Source: Bacteroidota bacterium (GTDB lineage Bacteria > Bacteroidota > Bacteroidia > Chitinophagales > Saprospiraceae). From it: a DNA stretch of 64,000 nt. Both the position numbers and the translations under genes were made by a program. Below the pieces are notes generated by a model. It worked only from the letters and a program-made list of their open reading frames with translations, ran no database searches and was not told the DNA's origin. The DNA lies in contig PZPC01000021.1 of the NCBI GenBank assembly GCA_003045895.1, positions 2,142-66,141 on the forward strand, read 5' to 3'. Every line of letters starts with the position of its first letter. Position 1 is the first letter of the stretch. This document shows positions 34,005 to 43,669 of this stretch, piece after piece.

Positions 34005-36845
34005 CTACTTCAACAAAGCCTCCCCACCCCCGGCGCTGATCTTCACCGGATCACCCAGGCCCAAAGCCTTCAGTCGATTGTACTGGGTAGCCGCATCGCC
34101 CACCACCAGGTAGTACATGGCATTCGGGTTCAGGTATTTGCCCGACAGCGCTTTGATCCTGTCCACGGTCATTCCCTGCACGGTCTTTTCCCGCTGCTTC
34201 AGGTAATCATTCGGCCAGCCGTAGGTACTGATGTCCGTCAGCATGCTCAGTTTGGAATTGCTGGTTTCAAATGCCCGGGCATTGCTTTTTATCAGGGCGC
34301 TCTTGGTCACCTCCAGGTCGGCCTCGCTGTAGTTCTTCCCGTAGTCTGATACTATCTGGCGGATCAGTTCGCTGGCCTCCAGGGTGACGTTGGTGCGAAC
34401 CCCGCTGGCAATGACAAAAGGACCGGGAATGGTCGAGCCCGAGAAATCGGAATAGATGCCGTAGGTATATCCTTTGCCTTCCCGGAGCTGCTGGGTGAGC
34501 TGAGAAGCAAAACTGCCACCGCCTAGAATGTAGTTCATCACCTCGGCGGGGTAGAAATCAGGGTCGGTAGCGGCCAGGGCCCGGTAGCCGAAGCGGAGGA
34601 CCGATTGTTTGGCGTCGGGTACATCGTAAATAAACAAGGCGGGCTGGGTCAGCGCTGGCGCCATGGCGTAGGTGGGCCAATTGACGGTCACCGGCTTCCA
34701 CTCGCTGGCCAGGGTGGCCAGGGACGCCACCACTTCTTTTTCCGAAATAGCCCCTACCACCTGCATGCTGGTGCGCGCGGGCGATAGTTTTTGGGCGTAG
34801 TATTGTTGGAGGTCTGCCAGGGAGATCTTAGCCACCGACGCAGTCGTACCCAGGATGTTATTGGCGAGGATATGATCCTTCCCGTAGATCAATTTCCGGA
34901 AGGCCAGGGTGGCGATGTTGTTGGGATTGGCCTGTTGCTGCTGGATGCTGCTGATCGTACTTTGCTGGGCCAGCAGCAGTTCTTTTTCATCCCAGCGCGG
35001 GTGCAGAATCATTTCTGTCAGCAGGTCAATTGTGGCCTGGTAATTCCGGGACAGGGTACTACCGGAAATGGTTAGGTCTTCGTCCGACGCCCGCACGTTG
35101 ATCACGGCCCCCAATTTCTGGATGGCTTCTTCCAGCTCTTCGGCCGTCTTGGTAGTTGTGCCTTTCGTAAGCATTTCGGCCAGTAGATTGGCCACGCCTA
35201 CCCTGGCCGGATCATCGAGGAACAACCCGCCGGCTATGCGCAGGGTGAACTGAACCATGGGTACCTCATCGCTGTAAATGCCCAACACCCGCAGGCCATT
35301 GGCCAGGTTGTCTTTCCAGATCGCGGGGGCGCTGATCTCCGGGGTTTTGCCGGAAGGGGGTTCTACCGTCCGATCAAAACTGGAAGGCGTCTTTTCGTAG
35401 GTGGCCGCCAGCGAAGCATCAAACTGCTCCTCGGCGCCCTGCACGATGGCCTCTTCTACAATCGCCGCTTTCGCGGAACCCGCCAGGGCGAGGTCCTTTT
35501 GTCCGACGGGCACAAAGCTCGTGGCTACGTAGGCTTTGTCTTTGATGTATTGTTGGTACACCCGCATCACATCTGCTGCCGTAACGGCCTTGATATTGGC
35601 CACGTACTGGTTGATGAAATCCGGGTCGCCGGTGAAGATGTTGTACTGCGCCAGTTGAAATCCTTTGCCCAGCACACTGGAAATGCCGTTGTAAAAACGC
35701 ACCTCCCGACCAGCCTGGATGCGGGCCAGGTCGACGGCGCTGATTCCCGCTTGCTCAAACGCCGCAAAGGTCTCAAAAACAGCCGCCTGAACGCTGTCGA
35801 GGGGGGTGTTTTCGTAAGCCCTTACCGCCAGGGATATTTGCCCCGTCAGCTCAGCATCGTCACTGTAGAAGTCGATATCAGCAGTCAGTTGCTTTTGCGC
35901 GACCAGCGTTTTGTACAGGGGCGCTTTCTTGCCTACTGCCAGGTATTGCGTCAGTATGTCCAGGGCGAAAGCATCCGGATGATAGAGGTAGCTGCCCGGC
36001 CAGGTGAGGGTGAGTTCCGGGAGCCGCGCAAAATTATCTTCGTGGTACAGCTTTTTGGTTTCGGTCAGCATCACTGGTTGCTTTTCGACTGCCGGAATGG
36101 CTGGGCCGGCTTTTATTTCGCCAAAGTACTTGTTGATCCATTCCTTCGCCTGCGCGGGATCGAAGTCGCCGGAAACCGAGAGGGTCACATTATTGGGGAC
36201 GTACCAGCGGTTGAAAAATTCTTTCACATCGGCCAGCGTGGCGTTTTGCAGGTCCTCCAGCGAGCCAATCACCTGCCAGTGGTAAGGATGATCCGCCGGG
36301 TAGAGGTTCTCGTCGATCACCAACTGGGTGAACCCGTAAGGTTGGTTGTCGTACGACTGGCGTTTTTCGTTCTTAACGACTTGCTTTTCTTTCGCCAGCA
36401 CTTCCTCGCTGACGGTATTGATGAAGAAACCCAGTTTGTCGGCTTCGGCCCACAGCATCTTCTCCAGGGCATCGGCGGGAACCGTTTGGTAATAGTTGGT
36501 GCGGTCTCTGTTGGTCGACCCATTGGCGCCGGATCCTCCTACGCGGGCGCTCAGCTTATCCAGCCCCCCTTTGCCCAGGTTTTCGGATTCCAGGAACAAC
36601 AAGTGTTCAAACAAATGCGCGAACCCCGTTCTGCCTGCTTTTTCCCGGGCCGAACCTACGTGCGCGGTCAGGGCGACGGCCACCACCGGATCGGACCGGT
36701 CCAGGTGAAAGACCACCTGCAAGCCATTGTCCAGGGTGAATTTTTCGGTATTGATATTCAGGGTTTTCTCTTGCTGCACCACCTCCGTAGGATGGGTGCA
36801 ACTCCAACAGGAAAAGAGTACGGCAAGCAGTAGGAACTGGCGCAT
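34005..36845 (-). CDS. M16-family (pitrilysin/insulinase-like) zinc peptidase, double-length
   Basis: About 946 aa with the inverted zinc motif HLFEHLLF and two M16 halves. I moved the start to ATG 36845 (MRQFLLLAVLFSCWSC, with a lipobox). Confidence 0.9.
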   Translation of the reverse strand: MRQFLLLAVLFSCWSCTHPTEVVQQEKTLNINTEKFTLDNGLQVVFHLDRSDPVVAVALTAHVGSAREKAGRTGFAHLFEHLLFLESENLGKGGLDKLSARVGGSGANGSTNRDRTNYYQTVPADALEKMLWAEADKLGFFINTVSEEVLAKEKQVVKNEKRQSYDNQPYGFTQLVIDENLYPADHPYHWQVIGSLEDLQNATLADVKEFFNRWYVPNNVTLSVSGDFDPAQAKEWINKYFGEIKAGPAIPAVEKQPVMLTETKKLYHEDNFARLPELTLTWPGSYLYHPDAFALDILTQYLAVGKKAPLYKTLVAQKQLTADIDFYSDDAELTGQISLAVRAYENTPLDSVQAAVFETFAAFEQAGISAVDLARIQAGREVRFYNGISSVLGKGFQLAQYNIFTGDPDFINQYVANIKAVTAADVMRVYQQYIKDKAYVATSFVPVGQKDLALAGSAKAAIVEEAIVQGAEEQFDASLAATYEKTPSSFDRTVEPPSGKTPEISAPAIWKDNLANGLRVLGIYSDEVPMVQFTLRIAGGLFLDDPARVGVANLLAEMLTKGTTTKTAEELEEAIQKLGAVINVRASDEDLTISGSTLSRNYQATIDLLTEMILHPRWDEKELLLAQQSTISSIQQQQANPNNIATLAFRKLIYGKDHILANNILGTTASVAKISLADLQQYYAQKLSPARTSMQVVGAISEKEVVASLATLASEWKPVTVNWPTYAMAPALTQPALFIYDVPDAKQSVLRFGYRALAATDPDFYPAEVMNYILGGGSFASQLTQQLREGKGYTYGIYSDFSGSTIPGPFVIASGVRTNVTLEASELIRQIVSDYGKNYSEADLEVTKSALIKSNARAFETSNSKLSMLTDISTYGWPNDYLKQREKTVQGMTVDRIKALSGKYLNPNAMYYLVVGDAATQYNRLKALGLGDPVKISAGGGEALLK

Positions 36846-36922
36846 ATTTTTAATTGATTTTTCCACCATGATACGATCATTTGGTCGTATCAAAGGTGCA
36901 GATTAGCTTTATTAAATTCCAA

Positions 36923-37756
36923 TCAAACCACCCGGATGCACCCTTCTTCAATGGTGATCTTGCGCTGCTTGTACAGGTCGCCCACGGCTTTCTTGAAGGC
37001 TTTTTTGCTGATGCCAAATTTTTCGTAGATCATGGCTGGCGCACTCTTGTCGGTGACCGCCAAAAAGCCCCGGTTAGCGACCAGGACTCGGTAGACCTCC
37101 TCGCTGGTGCTTTCGATAAAATTGATATACCCGCTGGGCTGCAGGGCGATGTCGATTTTATTCTCTTCGCGAATTTTCTTCACGTAGCCCGTCACCTTAT
37201 CGCCGACGCGCAGCTCGGTGAACACTTCGTTCTTGAAGAGGAGGCCCTTGTGGGCGTTGTTGACGATGACCGAAAAGCCGATGTCGGTTTTTTGGAATAC
37301 CAACACTTCCACCTCATCGCCTTCGGCGACGGTCAGGGTATTGTTTTGCAGGCGTTTTTCGATGCGGTTACTGGCGTAGAGCCGGTTGGTCTGTTCGTCG
37401 ATGTCGAGGTAGACGATGTACCAGCGGCCCACTTCCATTTTTTGCCGTTGCTCTTTGAAGGGGACCATGAGGTTCTTCTCCATTCCCCAGTCTAAGAAAG
37501 CGCCGACGTTGGCCACGGCGGTCACTTCCAAGAGGGCAAATTCGTGCAGGTTGATCTTGGGCGTCAGGTTGGTGGCCACTTTCCGCTCGTCGTAGTCGAG
37601 GTAGACAAAAACCCGGATCTTATCGCCGATGTCGAATTTTTCGGGGCAGTATTTGTTGGGCAGCAGCACGTCTTCGCCCTCGTCGTCGCCCAGGAACAAG
37701 CCGACGCTGGTTTCCCGTAAAATGGTCAATTCGCTGTATTCGCCTATTGCTATCAC
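36923..37756 (-). CDS. S1-like RNA-binding protein, CvfB/YitL family
   Basis: 277 aa with repeated OB/S1-like segments (e.g. GDKVTGYVKKIREENKIDIAL) and a C-terminal winged-helix-like tail. The family call is from memory. Confidence 0.75.
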   Translation of the reverse strand: MIAIGEYSELTILRETSVGLFLGDDEGEDVLLPNKYCPEKFDIGDKIRVFVYLDYDERKVATNLTPKINLHEFALLEVTAVANVGAFLDWGMEKNLMVPFKEQRQKMEVGRWYIVYLDIDEQTNRLYASNRIEKRLQNNTLTVAEGDEVEVLVFQKTDIGFSVIVNNAHKGLLFKNEVFTELRVGDKVTGYVKKIREENKIDIALQPSGYINFIESTSEEVYRVLVANRGFLAVTDKSAPAMIYEKFGISKKAFKKAVGDLYKQRKITIEEGCIRVV

Positions 37757-37907
37757 TGCCGGAAATTTTTATTATTTGACGGTGCTCTGGTAACGATCGG
37801 CGCACCAAATGCCCCGCAAAGATAGGCATTTATCCAGTGGCTGAAAATGCCGCTGCTTTTTATTGAAGCGCGGTAAAATCGCCGTGCTTTCGTAGCTCCG
37901 GGACAAG

Positions 37908-37994
37908 AAAAAAAACGGCCACCAAAGCACAGAAAACACCAAATCCCACTAACATTGTTTTGTGAAATTTTCGTGCCCTTTGTGCTTCTGTGGC
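37908..37994 (-). terminator. Long imperfect hairpin followed by U8 (terminator or 3' end of a small RNA)
   Basis: On the minus strand, GCCACAGAAGCACAAAG pairs with CUGUGCUUUGGUGGC (about 16 bp with 2 mismatches and an interior of about 40 nt), followed by CGUUUUUUUU. It lies downstream of the 2OG oxygenase stop. Confidence 0.45.
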
Positions 37995-38032
37995 TATAAA
38001 AATCGCCGCGCTTTAGGGGCAAAAAATGCCCA

Positions 38033-38659
38033 CTAAGAAGTCCGTTTCAGCCAGCCGGCAATACTCAGTCGGGGACGTTGGGGGGCGGCGTGTACTTCGT
38101 GCTCGGTCTGGTCACTTTTGAAGAAGACCACCCGGCCGGCCTCGGGAGACACGCTGAGGGTGTTTTCGCCGATGTAGAGGCTCAGCGAGCCGCCGTCGGT
38201 TGCCTGCCAGTTGTCGTTGAGGTAGATGACCAGGGAGTACTGGCGGCCCCGATCCGATTTGAACTGGTCGAGGTGGCGCCGGTAGAAGCTATTGGGCTCG
38301 TAGTAGGCGTAGTGGAATTCGTAATCGTCGATGTTCGTGTAACAACTGGCGTTGAGGTACTGAATGAAGTGTTCGATCTTTTGAATGAACCGGGCTTCCA
38401 GTTCATTCTGAGCATCCTTGTCGATCCAGTAAATGGCGTCGCCACGAATGGCCGTGTTCTTCTGGTAGTCGAATTTTTTGCCCACTCCAGCGGGATGCAT
38501 CAGCCCGGCCTCGCGGTAGGCCAGTAGGTTTTCGCGCAGGCCCTGGATCATATCTGGCGGAAAAAAATGATCACAACAACCGTATTCCTGCCCGATGAGC
38601 CCTTCGATCAGCAGCTCAAATTGTTGCTCATCCGTTACTGGCCGTATTTCGTTGCTCAT
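38033..38659 (-). CDS. 2OG-Fe(II) oxygenase (prolyl 4-hydroxylase-like)
   Basis: 208 aa with the facial triad HLD (RRHLDQF) plus HEVH, and Arg in RLSIAGW. Confidence 0.75.
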   Translation of the reverse strand: MSNEIRPVTDEQQFELLIEGLIGQEYGCCDHFFPPDMIQGLRENLLAYREAGLMHPAGVGKKFDYQKNTAIRGDAIYWIDKDAQNELEARFIQKIEHFIQYLNASCYTNIDDYEFHYAYYEPNSFYRRHLDQFKSDRGRQYSLVIYLNDNWQATDGGSLSLYIGENTLSVSPEAGRVVFFKSDQTEHEVHAAPQRPRLSIAGWLKRTS

Positions 38660-38727
38660 CGTTGTGTATTAAGGAAGAAACACAAAGATGGTTATAAAAA
38701 AAATGGTCTCGCTGGTTCTTTTTCAAA

Positions 38728-39534
38728 CTAAACTTGTGCTGTTTTATTTTCTAAATGTTCCCCGTATTTTCTGGCTATCCACAGTGCAACCAGGATAACC
38801 AAAGCACTCATGACGGCGGGAAAACGGGGGTCAATCTTATCGCTCGTCGTAAAGAAATTAAAGGTACCGTGCCAAAGAATGACCGGCCACAAATTCCAGT
38901 TCGCTTGCTTTACCAGCCAGCCCAGCAGCAGGGAACCGCATACCAGGCCGATCAGCCAACCCATCAACCCACTGATACCCAGGTTGCCCAGGTCCTTGTC
39001 GTAAAAAAAAACGGGAATATGCCAGGGTGCCCAAACACAAACCACATACAGGGTGGATAGCCGGGCGGGGTATTGCTCCGCAAAGGCAGGAAACAGAAAG
39101 CCACGCCAGCCCGCCTCTTCCCCCAATCCGTAGAAAAAACACCACATCAGCCAAATGAGCAGGGCATTCGTAACGGGTAGTTTGTCGTTCTGGCCCAGTT
39201 CAGATAAAGTAACCCACTCGCCTTGGGTCAGCACCATAAAAAGCAAGGCGACCAGAAAAAAGACAATGGGCATACCGAAACCGATCAGCAGCCATTTGAG
39301 CGAAACCCGGCCAAACAACTTTTCCTGGACGAAGGCCACTACGCCCACTCTTTTCTCAAAAATAAGGGTGGTCATGATGGCCCCTAAAAGCGGGCCAAGG
39401 CCGCCAAGCAGGTGGTTCCATTGTGAAATTTTCCAGCCAAAATAAAAATTATCATTTAAAGCCAGGGGCAACCAAATGCCCCAGGAGATGCTATAGGTTA
39501 TGGCAATGAAAGTGATGACTTTTTTCCAATTCAT
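38728..39534 (-). CDS. CPBP-family intramembrane glutamic endopeptidase
   Basis: 268 aa, polytopic. It has the EExxxR motif (GLGEEAGWRGF) and HxxxN (WHGTFNF). Confidence 0.8.
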   Translation of the reverse strand: MNWKKVITFIAITYSISWGIWLPLALNDNFYFGWKISQWNHLLGGLGPLLGAIMTTLIFEKRVGVVAFVQEKLFGRVSLKWLLIGFGMPIVFFLVALLFMVLTQGEWVTLSELGQNDKLPVTNALLIWLMWCFFYGLGEEAGWRGFLFPAFAEQYPARLSTLYVVCVWAPWHIPVFFYDKDLGNLGISGLMGWLIGLVCGSLLLGWLVKQANWNLWPVILWHGTFNFFTTSDKIDPRFPAVMSALVILVALWIARKYGEHLENKTAQV

Positions 39535-39693
39535 GTTTAAGCTCTTTTTTCACCGTATTTTTTTTACCGCACGGACCATTTTGCTGCCTTATGGCCAGCA
39601 AAACCAAGGCAAATTCCCGGTCGAACGCCACCCGTTTTTACTGGTGTGGGGTTCCTGAGTTTGTCAAAGCCTGCTGGATTTTTTTTAAGGCGG

Positions 39694-40704
39694 TCATTTA
39701 ATCCGATACAGCCCCCTCTGGTAAGACACTACGTACAAGGCCAGACTGTTGCTATTCAGACAAAGGCTACTAACAATATGACCCGCTAAACCGATGAACT
39801 CAAAGTCTTCCCCCTCGTTATTGGATAAAAACACACCACCCGATCGTTGCAATGCCGTATGATGACTTCCCCAAAATCGCTGCGGATTGTTTTTATCAAT
39901 AATAAAATCAAGCCAAAATTGACTGGTCAGGAAATGCCAATGGTCGCCGAAATCGGTGGAATAATACAACCCCGCTCCGGGGATTAGCACAAACACCTTG
40001 TGGTTGAGCGGATGTACTTGAATTCTGAGCGCATTATTGGGTAAGGTACCAGAGACGTCTTCCCAGGTTCTTCCACCATCCGATGACCTCAGGAATGGCG
40101 GATTATTGGGTGGCGAATGATCATAGATCTCGGTGGCAATGTAAAGTTTACCGTTTACGGGGTCTTCTTCTATGTCCCACGGGATTAGTCCCTTGGCAGC
40201 CACCTGGTAGGAATAACAGGTCCACGTCTCCCCTCCGTCCTCGGATTTAAAGATTCCATTGGCGGTCTCACTGTCTTCCCAACTGACACCTACATACACC
40301 GCATGATCCACCTCGCTTATCAGGAGAGAACTAATAGGTCTGGAAAAAGTATGAAGCGAAAACCAGTTTTTCCCGTAGTCTTCAGACCGATAAAGGGTAA
40401 ATCCCGACCCTACCCATATGCGGGCGGGATCAAAAGGATCTATCTCCAACGCTGGCGAAAAGCCGGACAAATGGTTTTCCCAACTCACCCCTCCGTCTCT
40501 CGTTACATAGATCCCGCGCCAGGCGGTAACCAACCACAAATCATCATTTTCGGGGTGAATCGTGATGGTATTCAGCAGGGAGTCACCCAGCGGTTGGCCC
40601 AAATACGTCAAATCCCATTGAGGAGCAGAGACCTCCTCTTTGTGGCAACTCCAAATGACAAGTGCAACGAGCGTAACAAGCAGGATGGTATTTTTGAATT
40701 TCAT
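39694..40704 (-). CDS. BNR/Asp-box repeat beta-propeller lipoprotein
   Basis: 336 aa with lipobox VIWSC. It has five Asp-box-like motifs (TRDGGVSW, SEDYGKNW, SEDGGETW, SSDGGRTW, STDFGDHW). Confidence 0.7.
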   Translation of the reverse strand: MKFKNTILLVTLVALVIWSCHKEEVSAPQWDLTYLGQPLGDSLLNTITIHPENDDLWLVTAWRGIYVTRDGGVSWENHLSGFSPALEIDPFDPARIWVGSGFTLYRSEDYGKNWFSLHTFSRPISSLLISEVDHAVYVGVSWEDSETANGIFKSEDGGETWTCYSYQVAAKGLIPWDIEEDPVNGKLYIATEIYDHSPPNNPPFLRSSDGGRTWEDVSGTLPNNALRIQVHPLNHKVFVLIPGAGLYYSTDFGDHWHFLTSQFWLDFIIDKNNPQRFWGSHHTALQRSGGVFLSNNEGEDFEFIGLAGHIVSSLCLNSNSLALYVVSYQRGLYRIK

Positions 40705-40818
40705 CTTCGTAAAATACGCCTAACCCGCAGGAAGCACAATGACCAAAATCATTCAATCGTACAATAAAATTAAAACAAAAACGCCTTTATCGACCAGTCT
40801 GCTGGCCCGATATCGTTT

Positions 40819-41301
40819 TCAAACGCCGCTTCTAGCCGTCGGGGGGAGCATTTTTTTAATCACCACCATCTGCCCCAAATGGTAGTGGTGGTGCTCTATC
40901 ATACCGCATATATTGCGGTAGTAATTGCCGTACTTTTCGTCGGTGAAGACTTCCCAGAGCCGCTCCTCGGGTAGTTGTTCAATGAGGTTAGCCAGGTCGT
41001 CGGCATCGCTCCAGGTCTTATCCAACAGCCTTTCCCAGCCTATTTCAGACTGGATGGGCGGGAGGTCAAAGCTGTACTTGTCCTTGATCTCGAGGGTGCC
41101 ACCCCGAAAAACCGGCAGGACGCCACTGACGTAATAATTCAGGTGAAAAACGAGGAGGGCGATGGTATTAACGGTTCCGAGCCCGGTGGTTGCCTGCTGC
41201 CAGGTGACGTCGGCTAAGGTCGTCTTTAGGTCCACTGCCGTCCAGTTGCCACCGTAATGGACAGCCCGGAAGTGCTGCGCTAGTTGTGCGGGTAAATTCA
41301 T
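40819..41301 (-). CDS. DinB-family four-helix-bundle protein
   Basis: 160 aa with conserved His residues in a helical bundle pattern (LVFHLNYY..., MIEHHHYHLGQM). Confidence 0.7.
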   Translation of the reverse strand: MNLPAQLAQHFRAVHYGGNWTAVDLKTTLADVTWQQATTGLGTVNTIALLVFHLNYYVSGVLPVFRGGTLEIKDKYSFDLPPIQSEIGWERLLDKTWSDADDLANLIEQLPEERLWEVFTDEKYGNYYRNICGMIEHHHYHLGQMVVIKKMLPPTARSGV

Positions 41302-41457
41302 GGGTATGGTCTTTGTTTTTAATTAGGAAGTAGTCCCAAAGAAGGTTTTGACGCCTTAAAAATAAACGGTCCGCGGGTAAAAGTCAATTTTTTTTGCCAA
41401 CGCGATTAAGTATTTGGACAATAAGAAACTTACATTTAAAAATTTATGTTATTTTAT

Positions 41458-41488
41458 TTTGTAAAACAAACATTTTAAGGTATATTTA
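41458..41488 (+). promoter_or_regulatory. Bacteroidota-type promoter-like site (TTTG-N19-TATATTTA) for repeat copy 2
   Basis: TTTG at 41458-41461 and TATATTTA at 41481-41488. It is conserved with copy 1. Confidence 0.4.
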
Positions 41489-41492
41489 CACG

Positions 41493-41740
41493 GTAAGTTG
41501 AAGGCAACTTCCTTTTGATCCCCTTTCAGCTTACTCATCGGTAACTACCCCTTGCGGCGGACATCTTTCGCCAGGCCAGCAAGGGCATTCAGCGGTTTTG
41601 TTTTCCTTGCTTGGTTGTTGGCAGTGCATAACTGGCAGCAATGGTGGTGGTTTGCCCCGTGTGACCAGTGGGTCGGAAGTGGGGCTGGCGTTCAGGCCTT
41701 GAGGGTGGGCCCCTCCCAAGGGGCTCCTATGCCCCGGCAA
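41493..41740 (+). ncRNA. Candidate structured ncRNA / mRNA leader, copy 2 (ends approximate)
   Basis: Paralog of 19984-20232, oriented toward the GH16 gene that starts 220 nt downstream. Confidence 0.45.
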
Positions 41741-41960
41741 GAAATCTACCCGTTTCAGTCACCCTTCCAATCCTTATTATTCGCCGACCCCTAAGGGTCG
41801 CTATGGCCATAGCTCTTTCGCTTTAGCTTAGCCACAAAATTTGACCGCGCCTGAAACGTCTGTCTGATAGCCGACCCTATGACCCGTCCTTAATGCTTTT
41901 CCCCAATAAATGGCTTAATTTTGTATATTATTTCAGTAGTCTTTCAAAATCCAACTTAAC

Positions 41961-43577
41961 GTGCAAAACCTACTCCTCCCACTATTCTGCCTGTTTTTAC
42001 TCCCTCTATTTGCCCAGGTTCAAACCGTCGAAGACGACTTCGAAGGCAACGGGACCATCCTGAGCTGGTACGGCGACGACTGCGGCATGGACAATGCCGC
42101 GGCCAACCCTTTTCCCCAGGGCAGCAACACCTCGGCCACGGTGCTGGCCTACACCGATGCCGGCGGCCTCTACGCCAACGTAGGTTTCAATGTGTCGGAT
42201 AATTTCAACCTATCGGTTAACCACACCTTTTCGCTGAAAATTTACGTGCCGGGCAGCAGCATCACTGGCCAGCAGCCCCGCCAGCTGTCGCTCAAGCTGC
42301 AAAACGGAACCCTGGAGCAGCCCTGGAGTACCCAGAGTGAGATCATCAAACCCATCGTCCTGGACCAATGGCAAACCATCACCTTTGATTTTGCCAACGA
42401 TGCCTTTCTGAACCTGGAGCCCGGTTCCCCCGCTCCGACCAGCAGAACCGACTTCAACCGGATCATTCTGCAGGTCAATGGCGAGAACAACAACGACCTG
42501 GTGGTCGCCTACCTGGACGATTTCCTTTACGACGGAACGATTGGTTACGAATTCGACCCCTCCAACTCGATCTACAACCAACTGGTGTGGTCGGACGAAT
42601 TCAGCGGCAGCGGTGCGGTGGACGCCACCAAATGGCACCACCAAACCCGGCTACCCAACGGAGAGAGCTGGTTCAATGGAGAAGCCCAACACTACACCAA
42701 CCGCACCGCCAATTCCTCCGTGGCCGATGGCTTTTTAACGATCATGGCCAAAAAAGAGCAATTCACCGACCAGGGGCAAACCAAATCCTACACCTCCGCC
42801 CGGCTGAATTCCAAATTTGCCTTCACCTACGGACGCGTGGAGGTGCGGGCCAAACTGCCCATCGGCCTGGGCACCTGGCCCGCCATTTGGATGTTGGGTA
42901 AGAACATCAATGAACCCGGTGGCTACTGGGCCAGCACCCATGGTACCACTTCCTGGCCAGCCTGTGGCGAAATTGACATCATGGAACACTGGGGCTACAA
43001 CCAAAACTACGTGCAGAGCGCACTCCATACCCCGTCTTCATTCGGCGGTACGGTCAACCTGGGTGGTATCTGGGCGACCGATGTATCCAACGTTTTCCAC
43101 GTGTACGCCCTGGAATGGTCGCCGGAAGCCATGGAATTCAGCATCGACGGCAATGTATATTACACCTACGCCCCCAACCCGCAGAATGCAGCTACCTGGC
43201 CATTTGATGCCGATCAATATCTTTTGTTAAACGTGGCCATGTCGGGCTCCATTGCCCCCAATTTCACCCAGAGCCCCATGGTGGTAGACTACGTCCGGGT
43301 GTACCAGGAAAGTCCGACCGCTACGGCCGAATCAGCCGCGCTACCCAACGTTCGCTTGTTTCCCAATCCGGTAGTGGACAAATTGAATATGCGCGTTCCG
43401 GCCAGCCTGCTGGGTGCACAGGTGACAGTTTACACGGCGCTGGGCCAGGCGATCGCTACCTTTATCCAGGAGGAAGCAACCATGACTTTGGATTGGTCGG
43501 CCTACCCCCAGGGAACGTATTCCCTGACCTATACGACCAGCGCGGGGCAGACCACTTACAAGGTCGTGAAGCTATAA
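41961..43577 (+). CDS. GH16 beta-glucanase (laminarinase-like) with N-terminal carbohydrate-binding-like region and T9SS C-terminal sorting domain
   Basis: 538 aa with a GTG start and a signal peptide. It has the catalytic motif EIDIMEHWG (E-x-D-x-x-E) and a Por-type tail (VRLFPNPVVDKLNMRV...YKVVKL). Confidence 0.85.
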   Translation: MQNLLLPLFCLFLLPLFAQVQTVEDDFEGNGTILSWYGDDCGMDNAAANPFPQGSNTSATVLAYTDAGGLYANVGFNVSDNFNLSVNHTFSLKIYVPGSSITGQQPRQLSLKLQNGTLEQPWSTQSEIIKPIVLDQWQTITFDFANDAFLNLEPGSPAPTSRTDFNRIILQVNGENNNDLVVAYLDDFLYDGTIGYEFDPSNSIYNQLVWSDEFSGSGAVDATKWHHQTRLPNGESWFNGEAQHYTNRTANSSVADGFLTIMAKKEQFTDQGQTKSYTSARLNSKFAFTYGRVEVRAKLPIGLGTWPAIWMLGKNINEPGGYWASTHGTTSWPACGEIDIMEHWGYNQNYVQSALHTPSSFGGTVNLGGIWATDVSNVFHVYALEWSPEAMEFSIDGNVYYTYAPNPQNAATWPFDADQYLLLNVAMSGSIAPNFTQSPMVVDYVRVYQESPTATAESAALPNVRLFPNPVVDKLNMRVPASLLGAQVTVYTALGQAIATFIQEEATMTLDWSAYPQGTYSLTYTTSAGQTTYKVVKL

Positions 43578-43592
43578 GCCACCGCATAAAAC

Positions 43593-43636
43593 AGAAGGAG
43601 CAGCCTTCAAAAAGAAAACTGCTCCTTCTATTTTTA
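43593..43636. terminator. Bidirectional terminator hairpin between the GH16 gene and rsmG
   Basis: agaaggagcag, a 15-nt loop, then ctgctccttct (11 bp), followed by atttttat. An A-rich run lies on the other side. Confidence 0.7.
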
Positions 43637-43669
43637 TCCAACGGCTCAGCTAACATCAGTTGCTGCGCA

